Under the pieces are notes generated by a model. That model was given only the letters and a program-made list of their open reading frames with translations, was not told the origin of the DNA and did not search any database. Made by a program: the position numbers and the translations under genes. A stretch of DNA of 64,000 nucleotides from Octopus sinensis (lineage: Eukaryota), in assembly GCF_006345805.1 (NCBI RefSeq), contig NC_042998.1:191146001-191210000 (forward strand), read 5' to 3'. Below, in pieces: positions 54,580-64,000 of the stretch. Position 1 is the first letter of the stretch. Each line of letters opens with the position of its first letter.

Positions 54580-54784
54580 ACGGAGATGTACTCGCATGGC
54601 AAGTGATTTGATATGAGATCGTGTGCTGGAACGAAAACAATTGCAGCGTGGAAGGTGTTTGTAAGCCATTTAAGAAACACACAAAAGCCGTTCGATTCAC
54701 TTCAAAATTTAAGTTTAATTTGTCAAAATATTTTCGTCGCTAAAATCCGCGACCTGTTCACTGACAAAAATCCGTGCTGCATCT
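54580..54784 (-). mobile_element. family G mini-element copy 2, with hammerhead at 54719-54768 on the minus strand
   Basis: Same GUGAACA core, GTCGC/GCGAC stem and AAATATTT as copy 1, but a different loop II; CATATATA on both flanks. Confidence 0.8.
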
Positions 54785-54788
54785 CATA

Positions 54789-54821
<33 letters not shown>

Positions 54822-54930
54822 TCTAGCAAAAACTGTCCGACGAACGGCAACGTGAAACTCAGAGTAACAGGTTTTGTTGAATATTCTGCTGCTTTAAATA
54901 AAGTATATATATATATATATATATACATAT

Positions 54931-54961
<31 letters not shown>

Positions 54962-57412
54962 CATGTAATATACATATATATATATTTATATATATATATA
55001 TATGTATATGTGTATGTATACATGAATGTAGGTTTGTATGCCTGCGTGTATACATGTGTGTGTGTGTGTGTAATTGTGTGTGTGTGTGTGTGTGTGTGTG
55101 TGCTTGTGCGTTTGTGCCTGAGTATGCTTATCTAAGGACAGATATTAAAATATATAGACAGAAATATGTAGACAGAAAGATAGACAGACAGTAAAGTTAA
55201 AACAAGCGAGAGAGAGATTAATGTATCTGGTGTGAAATAATTTGTCAATAGATTTTAATATTGTCTGGGAACATATAAGTAAGGAAGGCGTGCTTACTGC
55301 CTGGAGGAGGGCATATTGGTGAGCAGCTATCAGACTGGATGACTCATTGAATGAACACACAGCAGTATGGGTGGCCCTGCATTAGCAGAAGGAGTAGAAG
55401 TAGTCCAAAGGTAAGCGGCGGCGACGGAGGCGGTAGCACCAGGTCTTGAAGCGTGGGTAAGTGTTGGAGGAGGAGACTCAATGTGATGCCAGTAAAAGAT
55501 TCCCAGCTTCTCATGTTTCACAAGCATTTTCTGCTCCCCTTCTCCATGTTGTCTCTGTAATTCAATAAGACGGACTGAGTTGGATTTCAAGATGACGGCA
55601 CCGTACCTGGAGACAGGTAAGTTTTTGGTAAGCATCTAGTTATGGACCCAACAGTTTTTTAAGGAAACACGATTCTGGTGACGTTCACGAGGAAAACAAC
55701 TAAAAAAAGGAACAACTAGGTACGACAAAGCGGTTAGCAATGAAAAGGATGAACTACAAATGGATCATTGAAGGTTAGTAACAAGGGTAAATTGGTTAAA
55801 CGTTAACAAGGAACAAAAAAAAAATCACATACACTATAATATACAACTTAATGTACAAAGGAAAAGACACACAGGAAGCAAGGATGATGCGGGTATCACA
55901 AATTACTGATAATGATTTTTTTTCTAATATAGCGATGGATGGATGTGCAGAAGTGGTTTGATAAATTAAATGTAATTTCCATACATTATTGGAAATGCTT
56001 TATGTGTAAAAGTAATATTTAGAAAGGGGTGATTGGGTAACGATGAGAATAAAAATAGGAAAAGTGTTGAAGAACAATCACAATATGGCAAAAGGAATAA
56101 TGAGAGAAAAATATAATGACGAAAAATAATTGAGATAATTAATGAGGAAAAAATGAGAATTGAAATTATTCTTAAAGAGCAAAGAGACAAAACCAGAGAC
56201 AAGAACAATTCTTGTAAAAGAAGAAAATTGAGAAGAGAGAGGTGGGTTATAGAGAGGGAGACGGGGGAAAAAGAATATGGAGTAAGGAGTAGAAGATGAA
56301 AGAAAAGTAGAACGAAAAGTGTTTATATTTGATAGAAACGAATGGAATAATACAAATAATGAATGAGAAAAAGAAGGATGATCAGTAGAGTAGTAAAATG
56401 TGTTAATTAATAATAAAGAGAAAGTTGTGTAAATTAATATAGAATAATGAAAGCTAGAAGATGATTAAAATGTAAATGTAAAAACATAGATAAAGATTTA
56501 TGAGTAAGCTTAGCACAGCTATGAGGAAAATATGAAAAATGGGTAGGCGGAATGCATTTATGTATATATATTAAATATGTATACCATATAAAAATGAATA
56601 AGGAAAAACGATAGTGAGGCTAAAGCTGAGAAGATATGATATAAAATATAAGACAATTTGATAAAACAACACCATTAAAATGATAAATATTAAAACATGT
56701 AACTGAACGTTTTAAGATAGATTAAACTCATGTTTTCTCTAGAATTCTACAGTCATGCCTTTCTCATAGAAAATATCATCCATGCCGGGTTATTCGAATC
56801 AAATTTAATCAAATTAAGTGGAAACTATCATTTGGTAAGAGATTATAAAAGATATTTATTCATTAAATCTAATTAAACGTGAATATCGTAAGTAAACGAA
56901 TAAATAGGACATTGTCTTAAGTAAAATCTTCATTAAAAAAGGGATCCACCCTCAGCTCCAGCTGTTTTATATGTGACACTAAATAGAACATGATGAACCT
57001 TCTATATATATGTTAAAGTTTATTTGAGTGGCAAACATAGGGTAAAAGTTGACAACCATTCATGGATTCTTAGGTCATTTCATATCACCCTACAAACAAA
57101 CAAAACAACAATGGCAACCCACACACGGACACAGATAGAGAGAGAGCGAGAGCAAGAGAGGAAGAGGAGAGAGAGAAGGAGAGAGAGAGAGAGCGAGAGA
57201 GGAAGAGGGGTAGAAAGAAAGAGAGAGAGAAAGAATGAGTGAGAGGCACCCACACACATACGCACAAATAGACAAACAAGAAAAATGAACAGACAAATAG
57301 ATACATAAAGAAATTTCACGAACGTGCTCGCAACTCCAGTCACGACAATACTCTTGCATATATATATATACATATATATATATTATATATTATATATATA
57401 TAATATATATAT

Positions 57413-57448
<36 letters not shown>

Positions 57449-57525
57449 TAACCGACTCTAACTGTTATAATTGTCATCATAATAGACACGAAAACGTCAA
57501 AGGGATTTGAAGCAATAAAGAGACA

Positions 57526-57570
<45 letters not shown>

Positions 57571-58102
57571 TATTGTGAGTGAAAGCACATATGTGCACAC
57601 GGTAAAATCTGGTGGCTCAATTCGTAGCCTGGATGATTGTACGTATGGACAAAATTTGAGTAATGATACAGGACACCAGCTTGTTTTACATAAATTTCTA
57701 GAGACGTGGTATATATACGCGGTTAGTCGAAGGTCACTCGACAGCAAATCAAAATTCCATAAATACTATCTATAATTATGTATTCACAAGAACGGAAAGA
57801 TATGTAATTCAAGAAGTACTTCATTTTGAACAATTTTCAAAATGTTTCATATTTAGATGCTTTTATTAAATTCATTCAGTTGTTAAATATAAATAAATTT
57901 TGGATTTAAATGGCTTTGATTTACTATTAGCTGATCTTTGCCAACCCTGTGGAGACAAAAGGTTTGTTATAAAAATCTGCTTCGTCACGGGTCTTCAAAG
58001 CAAGAAACTATTACTAGTTTGTATCTGTATATTGTGTGCATGATATTTATCTTTCACTGGATAGAGTTCTCATTTTGCAGATCTTGCCTTCATAGATCAG
58101 TA

Positions 58103-58501
<399 letters not shown>

Positions 58502-59207
58502 GTATCTATCTCTCAAATGATTACATGATAGAGACGAGACATTTGCATAGCTCGTAATGCATGAGGTCTAAGAATACATATGATGTACGAATTATTGTGG
58601 TGTAAAAATTGATCTAGGATAAGAATGCCTCAGGTGTAAATTAAGTATAACATAAAAACACATGTAGCGTAAAAAAGATATGTGGTATAGACATACGTAT
58701 ACATAAGTGTGATAGCACGTGAATATTTGAAACTGTAAGCCCGAAATCTAATTGATATATAAGCTTAAATACGACGTATTCGAGAACGCCATTAACTGAT
58801 AGATTCTTGAAGACTTGGATGACTATCTCATCTCGTAGATCAGACGATATTCAGAAACAGTAAATATATGCTTTCCCACAGAATTACTTCATGACGGCAG
58901 ATAATATTGTATATGTGGTTGCATTTGTATGTTTAATAAAAAATGTTTCAGTGCAGATTTGAAATTAGACGCTTTGTTTTAACAATAGAATTTGCGGTAC
59001 CTCGAGATAACGAATAGAATAATATCGCCATATTTTAGATTAATCGCGGCTAACGTGTCGTCTCCTTCGAAGCATTCGAAAGATAGTCGCGGAGGTTTCT
59101 TATTAAAATCCAAACAACATTGTGAATATATCAGCTTGATTATATACAGAGGAAGGCATAACCTCATTTATTTAGTCATGTCATTATAGCGTGGTTTATA
59201 AATGAAT

Positions 59208-59302
59208 ATTACGGAGATGTACTTGCATAGCAAGTGACCTGATCTGAGATCGTGTACCAGAACGAAAACAATAGCAGCGAGGAAGGTGTTTATAAGCCAT
59301 CT
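59208..59302 (-). mobile_element. family G, truncated copy lacking the hammerhead
   Basis: CGGAGATGTACTTGCATAGCAAGTGACC..GGAAGGTGTTTATAAGCCAT, with the same terminus as the other two copies. Confidence 0.75.
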
Positions 59303-59856
59303 TTGCAAACTAATTTAAATATGTTAAATTCAGAGACCTTCCTCCTTCCAAACTTCGGTTGGAAGGATCTGTCCAGCCCAAGATTATGGTGCATAGTGTT
59401 TGTTCAATGAGTGACGCGGCGGGATCGAAACTGGCATCTGATAGGTGCAAAATCAAATATCTGAACCATAAACATCCCTACGCCGACGATTGAATATTTA
59501 AATATATGTTCCACATAGCCCGTATGTATATCGATTCTGTTGTAAGGAAAATGTGTTAATAAGCTATAATCCATGTTTCTAACATAGATTTATCTAATGG
59601 CACAACAATGAGACATCCGAATAATTGCACATCAATTTACATTTTTGTAAAATGTTGCTTATTTAACATTTCATAGTTACTCCCTTACCATATCGACATC
59701 ATCTCCTTTCCTCCTGTCTCATTACCGCATGCTAACTACCCACACAAACTCTCTGTTTATAAATCTATGTATCTGTCTATCTTTTCCTCTCTTTTTCCCA
59801 CATCGCTTTCTTTCTAAGCCCCTGTCAATAACTCATTCTCTCTCTCACGCAATGTC

Positions 59857-59944
59857 TGTCTCTCCTTAGCTATCTCTGTCTCTCCTTAGCTATATATGTC
59901 TCTCCTTAGCTATCTCTGTCTCTCCTTAGCTATCTCTGTCTCTC
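59857..59944. repeat. 20-bp minisatellite TGTCTCTCCTTAGCTATCTC, about 4.4 units
   Basis: Direct inspection. Confidence 0.9.
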
Positions 59945-60789
59945 TACGTTTCCACAGTGGATGAGGTGTAGTAAAACATTGAAACATACAGTGAGAGAAA
60001 GAGAGAGTGAGAGAGAGAGCCGAGAAATGGGAAGAGAGAGACAGATAGACAGAGAGAAAGAGAGAAAAAGTTACAAAGACAAAGAGAGAGTGAGATAGTG
60101 TATGCATGTATATATTTTTGGATATGCATATATGCATACATAAATAAGCGTGTATATTCACACATTTCGTACACCATACATCCATACATGGCATGCGGAA
60201 ATAGGAAAATATCATAAATCCCAATAAATTTAAAAACCGGAATGTAAAAATACAATATTCCTCTCACATACAACTGCATCTAGACACTGATACCAACATA
60301 TAAGCACGCGCGTGCAACCACACACACATGCACACACACGTGCACACACACGTGCACACACACATATGCCACCACCATTGTTATCAACAAAAGGCATGAT
60401 CAAATTCCAATGGCCATGCACAATAGTAACCGACTTCTTTACAGAAAGACTTGAAATAATTTAAAAAGTGAAAATAACACACGTATACATATGTCTATAA
60501 TTATATATATATATATATATATATACATATGTAGGTATGTGTGTGTGTATGAGTGCGTGCGTGTGTTTACACAGATGTATATATATGTGAATATATATAT
60601 ATATATATAACAGTGTATTACATAATTGTACGGTGGCGGATGTAACTATAGAAAGATACATTTGTTATATTTTTTATATTCTACAATACTCATACTCCAT
60701 TACGAAGCAATGAGGATTTCTCCATGTTTTCAGAGATTTGCTAAAAATGGCTTACAAGTCAACCTCAAATCAATCGCTCTCTCATCTTA

Positions 60790-61258
60790 AAACAAGTACT
60801 TGGAGATTTTGGAAAATGACAAATTGGAGAAAGAAATGACAGAAAAATTTAAGGTGAAGTACTTGCGCAGACTGAGACTGATCCATAAGTCGAAATTAAA
60901 TGGACAGAATAAGATTGAAGCTATCAACACCTGGGTGGTTTCACTCCTTAGATATGAGCAAGGGTAATCGCATGGACAGTAGACGAACTAAACAGCTTAG
61001 ACAGAAAGACAAGGAAGTTGCTAGCTAGATATGGGACACTCTACACAAAAAGTGACACAGACAGACTGTATGTACCAAGAAAAAGAGGGAGAAAAGGACT
61101 TATTGGATGCGAACACTGCATTAAAGCAGAAGAAAACAACATATCCTGGTATGTAAAAAATGCCACAGAACCGCTATTATTAGAAGGTCAGGCTTGTGGT
61201 CAGGCTTGTGTAGGATGAAAGATTGCAAAGATAAAGCAAAGTACAAGAAATTGAAAAC
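60790..61258 (+). mobile_element. R4/Dong-type non-LTR retrotransposon, RT-distal/thumb region
   Basis: KYLEILEND..KYLRRLRLIHKSKLNGQNKIEAINTW..W.VDELNSLDRKTRKLL..SDTDRLYVPRKRGRKGL matches the R4-clade pattern LNG.NK..AINT, LDRKTRK, RLY.PR..GGRGL. Confidence 0.85.
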
Positions 61259-61907
61259 CTGTCATATCTATCGACTTTTCTTTCATCTCTATCGCATTCC
61301 TTGTTGTCAGCTGGGCATGCTGTATCTATGATCCAGCTTAGTTTGTTTTCTTTCTTAATTAACACTATGTCTGGCTTCCTATTCTCTATCTGATGTTCGC
61401 ACTGAATAAAAAAATCCCATAGGATCTTTGCATTATCATTTTCGATGATGACTTCAGGTTTATGGTCGTACCAATTTTTTGCTCTGTCAAGTCCACACTT
61501 GTTGCAATGTGTCCAGTGGACAAGCCTTGCTATATGGTCGTGATGTCTCTTTTATTCCTTCTGGGCTAGTGGCGTACATTGGCTGGTAATACGCCATACG
61601 GTTTCACCGTTTTATCCACAGATTCTGCACTTATCACTTTCTGCTGTGTTATCTATACTGTATTTTATGTAGTTTGTTCTTAGTGCTTGCTCTTGGTCAG
61701 CATAGATTAGAGCCTCCGTTTCCAGTATTGAATAACTTTTAGTCATCTACAACCATCTTTTTTATATGTCTATCTTATCATCAACATCTCCATAAAATTG
61801 TCCATGCATTCTTTTCTTTACGCACCTATTTTCAGTTTCATTCGTTATCAATTGCTTGTACAGTGCTTTATCTTTGCAATCTTTCCTCCTACACAAGCCT
61901 GACATTC
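61259..61907 (-). mobile_element. R4/Dong-type element, CCHC zinc knuckle plus restriction-like endonuclease region (inverted)
   Basis: MHGQFY..ETEALIYADQEQALRTN..KCRICG..ETVW.I.SQC..LAQKEY..HDHIARLVHW..WYDHKP..ENDNAKILWD..RKPDIVL..IIDTACPAD. Confidence 0.88.
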
Positions 61908-61937
61908 TTGTTGTTGTTGTTGTTGCTCTTGTTGTTG

Positions 61938-62010
<73 letters not shown>

Positions 62011-62025
62011 CATTATTATTATTAT
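61908..62025. repeat. (GTT)n + (ATT)n microsatellite
   Basis: Direct inspection; reads (TAA)n(CAA)n on the sense strand of the adjacent LINE piece. Confidence 0.95.
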
Positions 62026-62986
62026 CACGTTAGAGCACGTTTGTGAAAAGCCCTGTAGCCAGTAACGAAGAACAACACTCTTGAGCATGTTCTTCTGACC
62101 TGTTTTCAGATCGATCGTCGACATTCTCTATTTGTGGGCAAGATTAATATGGGTTCTCATTTTCATAGAGAGAGAGAGAGAGAGCTGGATGTGTAGCTAT
62201 ATATATATATAGTACAAACGGAAAATAAGGTCACTCGTTACATCTTTATTTTATTTTTAGTTCTTCTCTACACAATTGTGTCACATGTCGATACATGACG
62301 CCCAACCGAATCGAAATCATGAAAGTATATGAGTTTTCACGGAGTTCAAAATACTGGATTAAAAAATACAGAAAAAAAATCCCATAAACAGCAGAATAAA
62401 TGTGTGTACGCGGTAGACATTTCTATGGAGATTTGTACGAGAACGGTACAAGTGAGACGTTTTGCAAAAACAACAATGAGGCAAAACCCGCATACACGCA
62501 GACGTATTCACACACACACGCACACACAGAGACATACAGTCGGGCGCACACATACACACTTTCATTTATCAAATAAAAGCAACGATGGAAATTTGAATGT
62601 AGAAGTAGTTTCATCTTTCTTAAACAATTTATATAATATACGCACTTTGAACATTTAATATTTAGCTAAAAAAATGTTCCAGCGACAACATTTTATGTCA
62701 ACACAGCTATTTTCTACATGAAATTGTCACATAAGCGTGCAATGCAGGACAAGGAAGGTGACTAATCTTGCCTTAAACCATAAAAGCTTTCTTTGTGCCC
62801 TCGAAGGAAAGAGCTAAAAACAGCTCTCGATGATACGTGGAATACAATTTACACTGGATGAAGGTGAGCGTATTGCACAATATAAATTATATTAAAACTC
62901 GTAGACAGGTCGAACAGATAAGATCAGTAATTGAGTCATATACTTGCCAATCCATAAACTAAACAGACAATATTTGAAACTAATAC

Positions 62987-63221
62987 ATATTTCTTTACTA
63001 ACCACAAGGGCCTAAACACAGAGAGGACAAACCAGGACAGACAAACGGATTAAGTCGATTATATCGACTCTAGTGCGTCACTGGTACTTATTTAATCGAT
63101 CCCGAAAGGATGAAAGGCAAAGTCGACCTCGGCGGAACTTGAACTCAAAACGTAACGACAGACGAAATATCGCAAAGCATTTCGCCCGGCGTGCTAACGT
63201 TTCTGCCAGCTCGCCGCCTTT
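62987..63221 (-). mobile_element. SINE family A, full-length monomer
   Basis: Complete head, body and tail 1; 19-bp TSD CAATATTTGAAACTA(A/T)TAC at 62968-62986 and 63222-63240. Confidence 0.92.
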
Positions 63222-64000
63222 CAATATTTGAAACTATTACCACGTGGGTCAATGACATGCATGGGGACATAAACCTCTGGACGGTGGTCAACTTCGTTGC
63301 ACTATATGGATTTGTGGTCAATACTGAAACGAATTTTGACAATTATGTGATCGAACGAGGTTGATGACTGCAAAACTACAAAACCATTCCGGAATTCTAT
63401 TCTCCAACCGCAGTCGACAGAAAACTTTTATGGGCTGTGGCAGAGAATAGTGGGCCCAGCTACAACTCTTTTGGGAGTGATTGTTATTTAAGTGCTTTCT
63501 GCCCCGAAGGGCCGGAAATGCTAAATAAAAATGGTAGTTATAATAGCAGTAGTCGGCAGCTGTAGATTCTATGGCACCAGGAGCTGGCCAGAAAACCGAA
63601 GGATCCTTATATCTAGCAGCGCCGCCCAAGTTTGATAACCTGATTATGAAGAAGTGGAAAGTAAACATAGATGGCAGGTAGTTGGAGAGTGAGGAATAAA
63701 CAAAAAAGAAAAAAAGGAATGAAAATACACCCCACCATACTACAAATATAAAGAAAACACCCCAAGATAAGACAGCATAGGTGTGTGACGGAGCTTAAAT
63801 CTCCTACCAAAGTCAAACAGAAGTTCATAGTTCGACGCTTAAACAAACGTAGAAATGTTCGAATTTATATATAAAAAAAAAATAAACGATTGCGAGAGAT
63901 ATGTTGTCTAATGATGACTATGGGTACCTTAGAGTATAGCGATTTCCAATTGCTGGTAGGGAGCTAGATTTATGGAGTGCGTGTCAAGGTATTATTTCTT

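Noticed and set aside
63318-63668. 116-aa minus ORF and a parallel 65-codon plus frame
   Set aside because: No domain, no clear splice signals, and non-ATG starts.

Overview
AT-rich animal genomic DNA, most likely intronic or intergenic. It is probably from an octopod cephalopod; this is inferred from the tRNA-derived SINE families and the dense (AT)n, (CTAT)n and (TACA)n microsatellites, and was not checked against a database. No confidently supported host protein-coding gene is visible, and most ORF-track entries are microsatellite read-throughs. The window is a mosaic of: (i) about 20 copies or fragments of several tRNA-headed SINE families that swap bodies and tails and form head+body(n) concatemers inside single TSD pairs; (ii) decayed autonomous retroelements, namely two Penelope-like GIY-YIG fragments, an R4/Dong-type RLE LINE with an internal inversion next to (TAA)n, and CR1-group RT and APE remnants; (iii) a 5'-truncated element that sits between (CTAT)n arrays and shares its 3' tail with the main SINE; (iv) hAT, piggyBac, pogo-like and palindromic MITEs. 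The most notable signal is a set of short elements carrying minimal type I hammerhead ribozyme motifs from about seven unrelated families. These include a ~210-bp TSD-flanked element whose two full copies both have a G3-C8 compensatory core (GUGAACA), tandem copies in (TA)n, and four back-to-back fold-back pairs. A candidate recursive splice site lies on the minus strand at 10015/10016.
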